Below are positions 9,588 to 24,989 of a DNA stretch of 64,000 nt, piece after piece; the stretch's first letter is position 1, and every line of letters starts with the position of its first letter. The stretch is from an uncultured Gemmatimonadota bacterium (GTDB taxonomy: Bacteria; Blakebacterota; Blakebacteria; Blakebacterales; Blakebacteraceae). The notes under the pieces are model-generated. The model did not search any database. It had not been told where the DNA came from and was given only the letters and a program-made list of their open reading frames with translations. Both the position numbers and the translations under genes were made by a program. The stretch is taken from assembly GCA_964576115.1 (NCBI GenBank), contig CAZNUA010000004.1:56968-120967 (forward strand), in the 5' to 3' direction.

Positions 9588-10673
9588 ATGATGTACGCGT
9601 CGCTGACAGAGGCCGAAACCAGGCTCGAGGAGCTCTACGGGCTGCTCTCCGATCCCGGAGTGATCGCCGACAGCGCCAGGTTCCAGGAACTGGCCCGCGA
9701 GAACAGCCATCTGGAACAGATTGTCGGTCTGTGGCGCGAACTCGAAGCGGCCCGCCGCACCGTCGCCGATGCCGAAGACATCATCGCCCGAGACGAAGAC
9801 GCCGAGCTGGTCGAGCTGGCCCGGTCCGAACTCGAAGCGGCTTCCGCACGGGCGGCTGAGCTCGAACCGCGCCTGCACGAACTCCTCATCCCGCGTGACC
9901 CCGACGATTCCCGCAATACCATCGTCGAGATCCGGGCCGGAACAGGGGGTGAAGAAGCCGCGCTGTTCGCCGCCGATCTGTACCGCATGTACGCCCGTTT
10001 TGCCGAGCGGCAGGGTTGGCGGACCGAGGTCATGAACACCAGTCCGTCAGAGCGCGGCGGTTTCCGCGAGATCACTTTTCTGGTCTCCGGAACCGATGTC
10101 TACGGTCAGCTGCGATACGAGAGCGGGGTGCACCGGGTTCAGCGGGTACCCGAGACCGAAGCGCAGGGGCGGATCCACACCTCGGCCGCCTCGGTGGCGA
10201 TTCTGCCCGAGGCCGAAGAGGTGGAGGTCGAGCTGGCGCCCGAAGATCTGCGGGTCGATGTTTTCCGCTCCTCCGGCCCCGGGGGGCAGAGTGTGAATAC
10301 AACCGATTCCGCGGTGCGCATCACCCATCTGCCGACCGGTCTCGTGGTCAGCTGTCAGGACGAAAAAAGCCAGCACAAGAACAAGGCCAAAGCGTTGAAG
10401 ATCCTGCGTTCCCGCCTGCTCAAGCGGCTGCGGTCCGAACAGGCCGCCGAAGAGGCGGCCGAACGCCGCACCATGGTCGGCAGCGGGGACCGTTCGGCGA
10501 AAATCCGCACCTACAACTATCCGCAGAACCGGTTGACCGACCACCGCATCGGTCTCACCCTCTATGCCCTGCAGAACATTCTCGAAGGCGAACTGGCCGA
10601 GATCATCGGCGCTCTGCGCCTGGCTGCCCGCGGCGGAGCCGAGAGCGCACCGGGACGGGAGGATGCGGCATGA
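9588..10673 (+). CDS. prfA: Peptide chain release factor 1
   Basis: GGQ motif ([24 protein letters not shown]) and the PxT-type RF1 architecture. No in-frame TGA that would indicate RF2. Confidence 0.95.
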   Translation: MMYASLTEAETRLEELYGLLSDPGVIADSARFQELARENSHLEQIVGLWRELEAARRTVADAEDIIARDEDAELVELARSELEAASARAAELEPRLHELLIPRDPDDSRNTIVEIRAGTGGEEAALFAADLYRMYARFAERQGWRTEVMNTSPSERGGFREITFLVSGTDVYGQLRYESGVHRVQRVPETEAQGRIHTSAASVAILPEAEEVEVELAPEDLRVDVFRSSGPGGQSVNTTDSAVRITHLPTGLVVSCQDEKSQHKNKAKALKILRSRLLKRLRSEQAAEEAAERRTMVGSGDRSAKIRTYNYPQNRLTDHRIGLTLYALQNILEGELAEIIGALRLAARGGAESAPGREDAA

Positions 10674-11551
10674 CCTCGGTCGTGGCCACCGGCCTGCGGC
10701 TGCGGGTCGAGGAGACCGCCGCCCGGCTCTCGGAAGCCGGCTGTGACGAACCGCGCAGCGAGGCGGAAGCGCTGGTGAGCACCGCCGCCGGGAGCGTGCC
10801 CCGGCACCTGCTCTATACCGAAGAACGGGATCTGAGCCCGGACGAGCGGGAACGGCTCGAGGCCCTGCTCGAACGCCGCCTCAGAGGCGAGCCGCTGCAG
10901 TACATCACCGGCCAGGCGGCCTTCCGCCTGCTCACCCTGGCAGTCGACCGGCGGGCTCTGATCCCGCGTCCCGAGACCGAGGGACTGGTCGAGGTCGCCC
11001 TGCAGCTGGTCCCCACCAATGCTCCGGCGACCGTGCTCGACGCCGGCACGGGGAGCGGGGCGATCGCGATCTCGCTGGCCATGGAGTGTCCGGCCTGGAC
11101 GATCCTGGCGGCCGATGCGTCTCCGGCCGCGCTCGAACTGGCCCGCGAAAACGCCGCCCGATACGATGTGACGAGCGTCGAATGGATCGAGGCCGATCTA
11201 GCAGGCTATGGGATCTGGCGTCACCTTCCTCCGCTCGATCTCCTGATCAGCAATCCTCCCTATGTGAGCGAGGCGGAGTGGGACCGGCTGCCGGTCGAGA
11301 TCAGGGACTACGAACCCCGGGCCGCACTCCTGGCCGGCCCCGAGGGGCTCGATCTGATCATTCCCATCCTCGAAGGGGCTTCGATGCGGGTCAGACCGGG
11401 AGGCACGGTCGTGATGGAAATCGGCGAGCGGCAGGGTGAACGGGTCATCGAGGCGACCCGCCGTGCGGGTTTCGACGACATCAGGATCGCTCCCGATCTG
11501 GCCGGCCGGCCCCGCTACCTGATCGCCATCCAACCGCGACGGGGGGAGTAA
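10670..11551 (+). CDS. prmC: Release factor glutamine N5-methyltransferase PrmC (HemK)
   Basis: Contains the NPPY motif ([13 protein letters not shown]) and a SAM-binding motif ([13 protein letters not shown]). It is translationally coupled to prfA by an ATGA overlap. Confidence 0.85.
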   Translation: MTSVVATGLRLRVEETAARLSEAGCDEPRSEAEALVSTAAGSVPRHLLYTEERDLSPDERERLEALLERRLRGEPLQYITGQAAFRLLTLAVDRRALIPRPETEGLVEVALQLVPTNAPATVLDAGTGSGAIAISLAMECPAWTILAADASPAALELARENAARYDVTSVEWIEADLAGYGIWRHLPPLDLLISNPPYVSEAEWDRLPVEIRDYEPRAALLAGPEGLDLIIPILEGASMRVRPGGTVVMEIGERQGERVIEATRRAGFDDIRIAPDLAGRPRYLIAIQPRRGE

Positions 11552-12813
11552 TGGACGTCTTCCGCATCACCGGCGGCCGGCCCCTGACCGGCGAAGTTTC
11601 CGTCGGCGGAGCCAAGAACGCCGCCCTGCCGATCATTATCGCCACTCTGCTCGTCGAGAAAGGTGTGAGTGTGGTGCGCAATGTTCCCGACCTGCGCGAC
11701 ATCCACACCACCCTCAGGGTTCTCGAACACCTGGGCGTCGAGACGACCTTCGATCGCGAGCAGGGGGAGATCAAGCTCGATACCACCCGGCTCAGCGGTT
11801 TCGAAGCCCCCTACGAACTGGTCCAGAAAATGCGGGCCTCCTTCCTCGTCATGGGGCCCCTGCTGGCCCGCCTGGGACGGGCGCGTATCAGCCTGCCCGG
11901 CGGCTGTGCGATCGGCACCCGCCCGGTCGACCAGCACCTCAAAGCCTTCGCCGCCATGGGGGCCGGAATCGGCGACGAGGGGGGCTACATCGTGGCCGAA
12001 GCGGCCCCTCTGAAGGGCGGGCGGATTACTTTCGACCGGCCCTCGCATACCGGCACCGAGAACGTTCTCATGGCGGCGGTGCTGGCCGAAGGGCAGACCA
12101 CGATCATCAACGCCGCCTGCGATCCCGAGGTCGTCGACCTGGCGGCGGCTCTCTCGGCGGCCGGAGCCCGGATCGACGGGGCGGGGAGCACCCGGATCGA
12201 AGTCGAGGGTGTGACCGGCCTGAACCCGATCGATTACCGTGTCATGACCGATCGGCTCGAGGCCGGCACCTTCCTGGTGGCGGGTGCCATCACCGGGGGT
12301 CGGGTCAGGGTTCGCGGCGCACGCGGGCAGGATCTGGAAATGGTCCTGGCCAAGCTGGCCGAGATGGGAGTGGACCTCATCGTCGAGGAGGACGCGGTCC
12401 AGGCCGCTCTCGACGGGCGTCCCGGACCGGTGAACCTGACCACCTTTCCCTACCCCGGCTTTCCGACAGATCTGCAGGCGGCTGTCATGGCCCTGGCTAC
12501 GATCGCCGACGGCACCAGCGTCATACGCGAAACCGTTTTCGAAGACCGCTTTCTGCACACCGCCGAGCTGGCCCGTCTCGGCGCCCGGGTTCGCACTCTC
12601 GGCGATGAAGCCACCGTGATCGGGATTCCGGCTCTCTCGGGCGCCTCGGTCATGGCCAGCGACATCCGGGCCGGGGCGGGATTGGTGCTGGCCTGTCTGG
12701 CCGCCCGGGGCGACTCGGTCGTAAACCGAGTGTACCATATCGATCGCGGTTACGAACGTCTCGAGGAGCGCCTGTGCGCCCTCGGCGCTCAGATCGTGAG
12801 GCAGAGCGACTGA
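11551..12813 (+). CDS. murA: UDP-N-acetylglucosamine 1-carboxyvinyltransferase
   Basis: [34 protein letters not shown]; full-length EPSP-synthase-fold MurA. The start overlaps the prmC stop (TAATG). Confidence 0.95.
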   Translation: MDVFRITGGRPLTGEVSVGGAKNAALPIIIATLLVEKGVSVVRNVPDLRDIHTTLRVLEHLGVETTFDREQGEIKLDTTRLSGFEAPYELVQKMRASFLVMGPLLARLGRARISLPGGCAIGTRPVDQHLKAFAAMGAGIGDEGGYIVAEAAPLKGGRITFDRPSHTGTENVLMAAVLAEGQTTIINAACDPEVVDLAAALSAAGARIDGAGSTRIEVEGVTGLNPIDYRVMTDRLEAGTFLVAGAITGGRVRVRGARGQDLEMVLAKLAEMGVDLIVEEDAVQAALDGRPGPVNLTTFPYPGFPTDLQAAVMALATIADGTSVIRETVFEDRFLHTAELARLGARVRTLGDEATVIGIPALSGASVMASDIRAGAGLVLACLAARGDSVVNRVYHIDRGYERLEERLCALGAQIVRQSD

Positions 12814-12838
12814 CAACGCATCGGGAGGCCACTGTCGG

Positions 12839-15800
12839 GTGAGTACCCCTGGATTCGTCCACCTGCACTGTCACAGCGAATACAGCCTGCTTGACGGCGC
12901 CTGCCGCATTCCCGATCTGGTGGCCGAGACCAGGGCGCACGAACTCGAGGCTCTGGCCCTGACCGACCACGGCGTGCTCTTCGGCGCCATCGAGTTCTAC
13001 CGCACCGCCATCAGTTCGGGGATCAAACCGATTCTGGGCTGTGAGGTCTATGTCGCCCCCGGGGACCGGCGCGAGCGGCGGGCCCAGGGAGGCGAGGTTG
13101 CCTATCACCTGATCCTGTTGGCCCGCGACGCCACCGGCTACCGGAACCTCATGAAGCTCTCCAGCGCCGGCTTCCTCGACGGTTTCTACTACCGGCCCCG
13201 GGTCGACAAGGCCCTGCTGCGCGACCACAGCGAAGGTCTGATCGCCGCCTCGGCCTGCCTGCAGGGCGAGATCGCGGTGCACAATGTCGCCGGCCGGACC
13301 GAAGAGGCCAAGAAGGCGGCCCTGGAATACCAGGACATCTTCGGGGAGGGGAATTTCTACCTCGAGGTCCAGAACCACGAGATCGAAGCCGAGCTGCGCA
13401 ATATCGACGCCATGATCTCGCTCTCGCGCGAACTCGACATCCCGCTGATCGCTTCAAACGACATCCACTACATGAAACCCGAGCACGCCGAGAGCCACGA
13501 GGTGCTGCTCTGCGTGCAGACCGGCAAGACGCTCGACGACGTCGACCGGATGACCTCGAATCCAAACCTCTATTACCGTTCGCCGGCAGAGATGGCTGAA
13601 CTGTTCGCCGGCGTGCCCGAAGCGCTCACCAATACGACCGAGATCGCCCGGCGCTGCAATCTGCTGCTCGAGTTCGACCAGATGCACCTGCCGCGGTACC
13701 CCCTGCCGGCCCGGTTCTCGACCCTGCAGGAGTACCTGCGCCACCTCGCCTTCGAAGGTGCCCGGCTCCGCTACGCCGCAATCGAGGACCAGGTCGAAGC
13801 CCGTCTGGAGTACGAGCTGAAGACCATCGAGCAGATGGGCTTTGCGGGGTACTTTCTCATCGTTGCCGATTTCACCCGCAAGGCCCGCGAGATGGGCATC
13901 CCGGTCGGGCCGGGGCGCGGTTCGGCGGCCGGGAGCATCGTCTCCTACTGCCTGGGGATCACCGATATCGATCCGATCGTCTACGATCTGCTCTTCGAGC
14001 GGTTTCTGAATCCAGAACGGGTCAGCATGCCCGACATCGACATCGACTTCTGCTACGAACGGCGTTCGGAGATCATCCGTTACGTCGTCGAGAAGTACGG
14101 TGAAGAGAGCGTGGCCCAGATCATCACTTTTGGAACCATGGCGGCCCGGGCGGCGGTTCGGGACGTGGGCCGGGTCATGGGTCTGCCCTACAGCGAAGTC
14201 GACCGGGTGGCCAAGATGGTTCCCGAGGAGCTGGGCATCAAACTCGAGGATGCCATCCGCCAGGAAACGCGGCTGCAGGAGCTGATCGAGGCCGAGGAGC
14301 GGTACCGCAAGCTCTTCGATCATGCCCGGGTGCTCGAAGGTCTGGCCCGGCACGCCTCGACCCACGCCGCCGGCGTGGTTATCGCTCCCGGTCTGCTGAC
14401 CGATTTCGTTCCCCTGTACAAGGGGTCGAAGGGGGAGGTGACGACCCAGTACAGCATGGTCCCGCTCGAAAAGGTGGGCCTGCTGAAGGTGGATTTCCTG
14501 GGCCTGCGTACCCTGACGGTACTGCAGGACGCCGTCGAGCTGATCGAGCGGCGGCACGGCGTGAAGGTCGATCTCGAAGCGGTCGATCTCGACGATCGCC
14601 CGACCTACGCGCTCTTCAGCCGGGGCGAGACGACGGGGATCTTCCAGTTCGAATCAAGCGGGATGCGCGAGTATCTGCACAAGCTGCAGCCGGGCAGCCT
14701 CGAAGACCTCATCGCCATGAACGCCCTCTACCGGCCCGGTCCGCTCGGGGCCAACATGGTCGACGATTTCATCGAGCGCAAACACGGGCGCAAGCGCATC
14801 ACCTACGATCACCCCCTGCTCGAGCCGATCCTCAAACCCACCTACGGCATCATCGTCTATCAGGAACAGGTGATGCGGATCGCTTCCGAGCTGGCGGGTT
14901 TCACGCTCGGGGAAGCCGATCTGTTGCGCCGGGCCATGGGGAAGAAGAAGGCCGAGGTGATGGAGGAGCAGCGGGATGCCTTTCTCACCGGAGCCCGCAA
15001 ACGCGATATCGACGAGCGGATCGCCGGGGCCATCTTCGAACAGATGGCCTATTTCGCCGGGTACGGCTTCAACCGCAGCCACTCGGCCGGCTATGCCCTG
15101 GTGGCCTATCGCACCGGGTATCTGAAAGCCCATTACCCGGCCGAATTCATGGCGGCGTCTCTTTCCAGCGAAATGAACAACTCCGACCGGGTTGTGATCC
15201 TGATAGAGGAATGCCGCCGTCTGGAACTGGATGTGGCTTCTCCCGATATTAATGAATCAGATGATAAATTTATGGTAAATAGCGACGGTACAATACGATT
15301 CGGACTTGGAGCAGTGAAAAATGTCGGTCATGGAGCGATCGCGGCCATCGTGACTGCACGCAGCGAGGGGGGCCCCTTTACGAGCCTGGTCGATTTTCTG
15401 GAACGAATCGACCTGAAGTGCGTGAACCGGCGGGTGGTGGAGAGTCTGATCGCCGCCGGAGCCTGCGACGGCCTGGGGGGGCATCGGGCCCAGCTCATCG
15501 CGGCCGCCCAGGGACAGATCGAGGGTGCCCACCGGCGGCAGATCGAGCGGGAGCGGGGCCAGGTGAGCTTTTTCGACGAGGGCAACGGCGGGGCTCTGCC
15601 CGAGATCGACACCCTCCCCGAGATGCCGGAATGGCCCGCCGTGGAGATGCTTGCCCGCGAGAAGGAGGCTCTCGGCTTCTATGTTTCCGGCCATCCGCTC
15701 GAACGCTATCGCGACGAGGTCATCGCCTTCACCAACGCCCGTCTGGGCGAACTCGGCGAACTGGCCGACAATACGTCGGTGGTCGTGGCGGGAGTGATCG

Positions 15801-16273
15801 CGTCGCTGAGTCGCAAATCGGACCGCAACGGCAATCCGATCGCCTTCGCGGGGCTGGAGGACTTCACCGGCTCGACCGAAGCGATCGTCTTCAGCGATCC
15901 CTGGCAGACATACGGGGAGTACATGCACGAGGATGCCATGGTTCTGCTTCGGGCCCGGGTGTCGAAAAAGGAGGGCGAAGCTCCCAAGCTCATTGCCGAA
16001 GAAGTCATGCCCCTGAGCGAAGCCCGGCGTCGCCTCACAGGCCGGCTGCACCTGCTTCTGGTGGCTACCAACGGGAAGGATCGGGCCGGTGAAGCGCTGC
16101 GGATCATCAGCCGCTACCCGGGACCGATACCGGTGTACCTGCACGTGGAGCACAGCGATGAGGGACCGCCTCTCAAGCTTCGGGCCGAAGGGGTGGGGGT
16201 CGATACCGAAACCGACCTGCTGGACGAGCTCAAAGACCTGCTGGGGGAGGAAAATGTCTGGGTCAGCAGCTGA
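12839..16273 (+). CDS. dnaE: DNA polymerase III alpha subunit
   Basis: PHP domain (FVHLHCHSEYSLLDGA), a polymerase core, an HhH motif (IRFGLGAVKNVGHGAIAAI) and a C-terminal OB-fold region. 1144 aa, GTG start. Confidence 0.95.
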   Translation: MSTPGFVHLHCHSEYSLLDGACRIPDLVAETRAHELEALALTDHGVLFGAIEFYRTAISSGIKPILGCEVYVAPGDRRERRAQGGEVAYHLILLARDATGYRNLMKLSSAGFLDGFYYRPRVDKALLRDHSEGLIAASACLQGEIAVHNVAGRTEEAKKAALEYQDIFGEGNFYLEVQNHEIEAELRNIDAMISLSRELDIPLIASNDIHYMKPEHAESHEVLLCVQTGKTLDDVDRMTSNPNLYYRSPAEMAELFAGVPEALTNTTEIARRCNLLLEFDQMHLPRYPLPARFSTLQEYLRHLAFEGARLRYAAIEDQVEARLEYELKTIEQMGFAGYFLIVADFTRKAREMGIPVGPGRGSAAGSIVSYCLGITDIDPIVYDLLFERFLNPERVSMPDIDIDFCYERRSEIIRYVVEKYGEESVAQIITFGTMAARAAVRDVGRVMGLPYSEVDRVAKMVPEELGIKLEDAIRQETRLQELIEAEERYRKLFDHARVLEGLARHASTHAAGVVIAPGLLTDFVPLYKGSKGEVTTQYSMVPLEKVGLLKVDFLGLRTLTVLQDAVELIERRHGVKVDLEAVDLDDRPTYALFSRGETTGIFQFESSGMREYLHKLQPGSLEDLIAMNALYRPGPLGANMVDDFIERKHGRKRITYDHPLLEPILKPTYGIIVYQEQVMRIASELAGFTLGEADLLRRAMGKKKAEVMEEQRDAFLTGARKRDIDERIAGAIFEQMAYFAGYGFNRSHSAGYALVAYRTGYLKAHYPAEFMAASLSSEMNNSDRVVILIEECRRLELDVASPDINESDDKFMVNSDGTIRFGLGAVKNVGHGAIAAIVTARSEGGPFTSLVDFLERIDLKCVNRRVVESLIAAGACDGLGGHRAQLIAAAQGQIEGAHRRQIERERGQVSFFDEGNGGALPEIDTLPEMPEWPAVEMLAREKEALGFYVSGHPLERYRDEVIAFTNARLGELGELADNTSVVVAGVIASLSRKSDRNGNPIAFAGLEDFTGSTEAIVFSDPWQTYGEYMHEDAMVLLRARVSKKEGEAPKLIAEEVMPLSEARRRLTGRLHLLLVATNGKDRAGEALRIISRYPGPIPVYLHVEHSDEGPPLKLRAEGVGVDTETDLLDELKDLLGEENVWVSS

Positions 16274-16775
16274 ACGCGTGCGGTTTCGCCTGTGGGCGCT
16301 GTTCCTGCTCGCGCTCCTGGGCGGCTGCGCCTACAGTTTCACCTCGGGACTCCCGGGCCACATCAAGACCGTGGCGGTGCCTCTGTTCGCCAACGAGACC
16401 TCCGAGTACGGGATTGCCGAGGAGGTCACCGAACGGCTCGTGGCCGCCCTGGTGCGTGACGGCACCCTGCGGGTCATCCCCGGCGAGAGCGAGGCCACGG
16501 CGATCATCGAGGGCACCGTCCGGGCGTATGCCGAAGAGGCGTACACTTACAACCGTCAGGAAGCGGTCGAGCAACAGATCATCCGGATCACGGTCGGAAT
16601 ACGTTTCTACGACCAGGTCCGCGAGGAGGTCATCTGGGAGTCGGAGCGGGTCTTCGGCTCGGCGGTCTATGCCAGCGGTGCCGCGGCCGAAGATGAAGAC
16701 CGTACCACCGGTCTGGCGGAAGCCATTCAGCAGGTGGTCGACGAAATTCTGAGCGGAATCGTTGCCGGCTGGTGA
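16254..16775 (+). CDS. Small lipoprotein, possibly the LPS-assembly lipoprotein LptE
   Basis: Signal peptide with a lipobox (LLALLGGC), about 170 aa, and compositional resemblance to LptE (…[17 protein letters not shown]…). The start is uncertain: ATG at 16254 overlaps the end of dnaE, or GTG at 16277. Confidence 0.45.
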   Translation: MSGSAAERVRFRLWALFLLALLGGCAYSFTSGLPGHIKTVAVPLFANETSEYGIAEEVTERLVAALVRDGTLRVIPGESEATAIIEGTVRAYAEEAYTYNRQEAVEQQIIRITVGIRFYDQVREEVIWESERVFGSAVYASGAAAEDEDRTTGLAEAIQQVVDEILSGIVAGW

Positions 16776-16837
16776 GGATTGCGGCCCGCCGGCCCGGATC
16801 TGCAGTGCGAGATGTGACGAGAGAGGAGAGCGCAGTG

Positions 16838-18256
16838 ATGGAGTATTCACCGGCGGAGGTGCTGAACATCATCGGGGAGAACCGCATCAAGCTCATCGAC
16901 CTGAAATTCATGGATTTTCCCGGGCTGTGGCAGCACTTCACGGTTCCGGCCGACAAGCTCACGGCCGACGCCTTCGAGGAGGGTTTCGGCTTCGACGGTT
17001 CGAGCCTGCGCGGGTGGCAGAAAATCTTCGAGAGCGACATGCTGGTCATTCCCGATCCCACCACCGCCGTCATCGATCCCTTTTATGACGAGGCCACCCT
17101 CAGCCTGATCTGCGACATCTACGATCCGGTCACCAAGCAGCGCTACGCCCGCTGCCCCCGCTACATCGCCGCCAAGGCCGAAGCGTACCTGCAGAGCACC
17201 GGACTGGCCGACACCGCCTTCTTCGGTCCCGAAGCCGAGTTCTTCCTGCTCGACGACGTGCGCTACGCCTCGGGAATCAACGAGGCATTCTATCGCCTCG
17301 ACAGCCGCGAGGGTTTCTGGAACACCGGTCGGGAAGAAGATCCCAATCTGGGCTACAAGCCGCGCCGCGGGCAGGGCTACTTCCCGGTCCCCCCGCACGA
17401 TTCGATGGCCGATATCCGTAACGAGATGATCCAGACCCTGCGCGAGCTCGGCGTCGAAATCGAGGCCGCCCACCACGAGGTCGCCACCGGCGGACAGATG
17501 GAGATCGACATGCGGTACGGTCCCCTGCTCGAAATGGCCGACCGGCTGATGCTCTACAAGTACGTGGTCAAGAACGTCGCCCGGCGGCACGAGAAAACGG
17601 CCACCTTCATGCCCAAACCTCTCTATGGCGACAACGGCTGCGGCATGCATGTGCACGTCAGTCTCTGGAAGGGGGAGAACAACCTTTTTTACGGCGAGAA
17701 CTACGCCAATCTGAGCGATCTGGCCATGTCCTTCATGGGCGGCGTGCTCCAGCACGCCCCGGCTCTGATCGCGCTCACCAATCCGACCACCAACTCCTTC
17801 CGCCGTCTGGTGCCGGGTTTCGAAGCTCCGGTCAGTCTGGCGTACAGTCAGCGCAACCGCTCCGCGGCGATCCGCATCCCGGTCTACAGCCGCTCGCCGC
17901 AGACCAAACGCATCGAGTTCCGCTGTCCCGATCCCTCGTGCAATCCCTACCTGGCCCTGACCGCGATCCTCATGGCGGGGCTGGACGGCATCGCCAACAA
18001 GACCGATCCGGGCCAGCCGCTCGACAAGGACATCTACGATCTGCCCCCCGAGGAGCTGGCTGCCGTACCGGCGGCACCGGCCAGCCTCGAGACCGCTCTG
18101 GCCTGCCTGCGCGACGATCATGAGTTTCTCCTCAAGGGCGATGTCTTCACCGAAGAGGTCATCCACGCCTGGATCGATTACAAGATGACCCACGAGGTGA
18201 ACGACGTGCGGCTGCGCCCGCACCCGCACGAGTTCACGCTCTACTTCGACATGTGA
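16838..18256 (+). CDS. glnA: Glutamine synthetase type I
   Basis: GS catalytic motifs are present. The adenylylation-site motif is conserved ([11 protein letters not shown], corresponding to Tyr397 in E. coli GlnA). RBS GAGAGGAGAG lies upstream. Confidence 0.9.
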   Translation: MEYSPAEVLNIIGENRIKLIDLKFMDFPGLWQHFTVPADKLTADAFEEGFGFDGSSLRGWQKIFESDMLVIPDPTTAVIDPFYDEATLSLICDIYDPVTKQRYARCPRYIAAKAEAYLQSTGLADTAFFGPEAEFFLLDDVRYASGINEAFYRLDSREGFWNTGREEDPNLGYKPRRGQGYFPVPPHDSMADIRNEMIQTLRELGVEIEAAHHEVATGGQMEIDMRYGPLLEMADRLMLYKYVVKNVARRHEKTATFMPKPLYGDNGCGMHVHVSLWKGENNLFYGENYANLSDLAMSFMGGVLQHAPALIALTNPTTNSFRRLVPGFEAPVSLAYSQRNRSAAIRIPVYSRSPQTKRIEFRCPDPSCNPYLALTAILMAGLDGIANKTDPGQPLDKDIYDLPPEELAAVPAAPASLETALACLRDDHEFLLKGDVFTEEVIHAWIDYKMTHEVNDVRLRPHPHEFTLYFDM

Positions 18257-20842
18257 GGGTTCCCGGCTCGACGATCGCCGCTGCCAGGGCGCGTTTCCAG
18301 GCAGATCGGGCCCGCTGCGTCGAGCTGCACGCCGGCGGTCAGGGTGGGGGAGCGGTGGTGCGGGCCTACCGCCGGGCGGTTGACCGCGCTGTCGACGCCC
18401 TGGCCGGCGCGCATTTTCCCACCCCCGCCCCGATCACCGTTCTCGCCACCGGCGGCTACGGCCGGGGCGAGCTGGCCTTCGCCTCAGATATCGACCTGCT
18501 CCTGCTCCATTCCGGTCCCGAACCGGCCGAGGAGACGGCTCCCTTCCTGACCGCTCTCTGGGACATGGATTGGGATCTGGGGCATCAGGTTCTGCCCGTC
18601 GACGACGCTCTCGAACTCGCCGGACGCGACACCCACACCCTGACCTCCTTTCTCGAAGCTCGCCTGCTCTGGGGAGCTGAAGAGCTGTTCCGCACTTTTA
18701 CTGCCGCGCTGCACAGGGAGGTTTTCGAGCCCCGCCGGGAGGCCTGGGCGGCCGAGAAGGTGAGCGATCTCGAGAGCCGGCACGCCCAGGCGGGAGAAAC
18801 GGTCTACCTGGCCGAACCCGACGTCAAGGAGAGCCCGGGGGGCCTGCGTGACATGCATACTCTGCTCTGGCTCAGCCGGGCCCGTTCCGGTCCGGTCCTC
18901 TGGCCGGCCTATCTGGCCCGACACGCCGTCCCCGGCCGGGAGTACGAGCGGCTGCTCGGCGCCCGCGATCACAGCCTGTGGGTCCGCAACGTCCTGCACC
19001 TGCACCGGGGCCGGAAATGGGACCGGCTCGATCATCGCAGTCAGCAGGAGGTGGCCCGTGAAACGGGTGCGGTGGGGCGCCGGGGGCGCCTCGGAGTCGA
19101 GATCTTCATGCAGGAGTATTACCGGGCGGTATGGAGCATCTTCACCTTCACCCGCCTGCAGCTGGCCGCCCATGGACACAGCTCCGACCGGCCTCGAAAC
19201 GGTCTGCCGCGGGTGCTGGCCCCGGCCGGCGCCGGCGGCCAGCAGTGGTCCGCCGACGAGATCGCCACCGTTCCGCTGAACCTGCTCCGGCGGCTGCTCG
19301 ATCTGACCCGCCACGGCGGGCGTCTGGGTCCCGAAACAGCGGAATTCCTCTACACCCAGGGCGAATTTCTCGGCACGGCCGCCGCCCGGGAGGCCGGTCA
19401 CGGCCCCCTGCTCATGGCTCTGCTCTCCGAACCGCGGGCGGCCGCCACGCTGCGTCTGATGCACGATTTCGGTATCCTGGGCGGTCTGCTCTCAGAATTC
19501 GACCGCCTGCGGGCCCTGGTGCAATTCGATCCCTATCACAGCTTCACGGCCGACGAACACACCCTGCGGGCTCTGGACGCCCTCGAGGCGCTGCTGGAGC
19601 CCGGAGGCGGTTCGATCCGCAGCGAACTCTGTCACGACCTGCCCGCCGTCCGGGCGATGCTCCCGCTGGACGAATGGATGCCGGAGCGGCGCGACACGGC
19701 CCTGCTGCGCCTGGCTCTGCTCTACCACGACATCGCCAAAGGGACCGGGATCGGCGGTCACGCCGAGCGGGGCGCCCGGATGGTCCGCCGGGCCGGGCGG
19801 CGTATCGGGCTGGCCGAGGCCGAACTGCGCGATGTCGCCTTCCTGGTTCGCCACCACCTGCTGCTCTCGGCCACCGCCCAGCGGCGCGACATCAGCGAGC
19901 CGGTGCTGATCGAGCGTCTGTGCCGTCTCGTCCGTACTCCCCGCCGCCTCCATCTTCTGGCCCTGCTGACCCTGTGCGATACCGCCGCCCTCGGTCCGAA
20001 CGTTTTGACCCGCTGGAAAGCCCGTCTCCTCCTCGAACTGGTCGGGACCGTGGAACGGGCCCTGCGCGGCGAGCAGGCCCTGCATCGCTGCGAACGGGTC
20101 GAGCGCCTGCTTGCATCCCTGCCCGCGTCCGAACGCGAGAGCCTGGGCGTCTGGCTCGATGCCATGCCCCCCGAATACCTGCCCGATCTCGATCCGGCGA
20201 TCCTGCACCGCGAGGCCGCCCTGTTCGAGGTCTGGCGGGCCGATCCCGCCGGACGTGACGCGGTTGCCTTCCAACTCGGATCCGATCGCGAAACCAGCCG
20301 GCTGACCTGTATCGCCGGCGACCGGCCGGGGCTGCTGGGCCGCCTCTGCGGCCTGCTGGCCGGGCACGACATCACCATTCTGCAGGCGCGCATTTTCACC
20401 CGTCTCGACGGCATCATCGTCGACCGGTTCACCGTGGCCGACGCCGCCGCCGGCGGCCCCCTGACCGACGGGCAGAAAAAGGCTCTGGATGCATCGCTCG
20501 CCGCGGCCGTGACCGGTCGGCTCGACGTCGAAGCCCTGCTCGCCGACCATGCCGAGCGATGGCGCCTGCGCGATCGACCGACGATGACCCATGCCGTCTC
20601 GGTCAGCTGGGATCTGTCGGCTTCGCGGCGGTACAGTGTGTTCGAGCTCAGGACCCGCGACCGGGTGGGGTTGCTGCACGATGTCGCCATGACCATGACC
20701 GGACGGGGGATCTCGATCCATCAGGCCTTTATCAGTACCGAGGCCGAACGGGCGGTGGATGCCTTCTATGTGACCGATCCGCTCGGGGCGCCGCTCGACG
20801 ATGCCACCCGCGAGGTCCTGCGGGCGGATCTGATCGGCCTGC

Positions 20843-20853
<11 letters not shown>
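18253..20853 (+). CDS. glnD: Bifunctional [protein-PII] uridylyltransferase / uridylyl-removing enzyme
   Basis: Nucleotidyltransferase motif ([20 protein letters not shown]), an HD domain ([10 protein letters not shown]…HDIAK) and two C-terminal ACT domains. GTG start overlaps the glnA stop. Confidence 0.85.
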
Positions 20854-24259
<3,406 letters not shown>

Positions 24260-24350
24260 GCACCACCCTGCTCTCATATTCCTCTTCGCGCCACGGCTCG
24301 GGCTGTGTTACTTTCGTGCCGCTGTCTCACCTTTACCGAAGCGGGGAACC

Positions 24351-24989
24351 ATGGCCCAGAGCATCGCCGTACTGGCCTCGGGTAGCGGGACGAATTTTCA
24401 GGCCATCCTCGACGCTATCGCCGCAGGGCGCCTCGAGAGCGAGGTCGTCCTCGTCGCCAGCAACAAGGAAGATGCGGGTGCGCTCGAACGGGGGCGGGCA
24501 GCCGGAGTGCGTGGCGAATGGATTGCGCCCGGGGACGATTACCACGATCGCCTGCAGGCTCTGCTCGACGAGGTCTCGCCCGATCTGGTCGTTCTGGCCG
24601 GCTACCTCAAGCTCATTTCAGCCGCCACCGTCCAGGCCTTCAAAGGCCGGATGCTCAACATCCATCCCGCCCTGCTTCCCGGTTTCGGGGGCAAGGGCAT
24701 GTACGGCATCCATGTCCACGAAGCGGTGCTCGAGCGAGGTGTGAAGGTCACCGGCGTGACCGTTCACCTCGTGGACGAGGAGTACGACCGGGGACCGATC
24801 GTGGCTCAGGTGGTCGTTCCCGTACTCGACGACGATACCCCGCAGACCCTGCAGGCCCGGGTTCTGGAGCGCGAACACGAGCTCTACCCGCGGGTCCTGC
24901 AGTGGTTCGCCGAAGGCCGCCTCAGAATCGACAATTACCGGGTCTACGGAGCCGAACCCGATCCCCACCTGATACCCGACCGGAGCTGA
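24351..24989 (+). CDS. purN: Phosphoribosylglycinamide formyltransferase
   Basis: MAQSIAVLASGSGTNFQAILDAI… with the formyl-transferase motif (HPALLPGFGG). Confidence 0.9.
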   Translation: MAQSIAVLASGSGTNFQAILDAIAAGRLESEVVLVASNKEDAGALERGRAAGVRGEWIAPGDDYHDRLQALLDEVSPDLVVLAGYLKLISAATVQAFKGRMLNIHPALLPGFGGKGMYGIHVHEAVLERGVKVTGVTVHLVDEEYDRGPIVAQVVVPVLDDDTPQTLQARVLEREHELYPRVLQWFAEGRLRIDNYRVYGAEPDPHLIPDRS

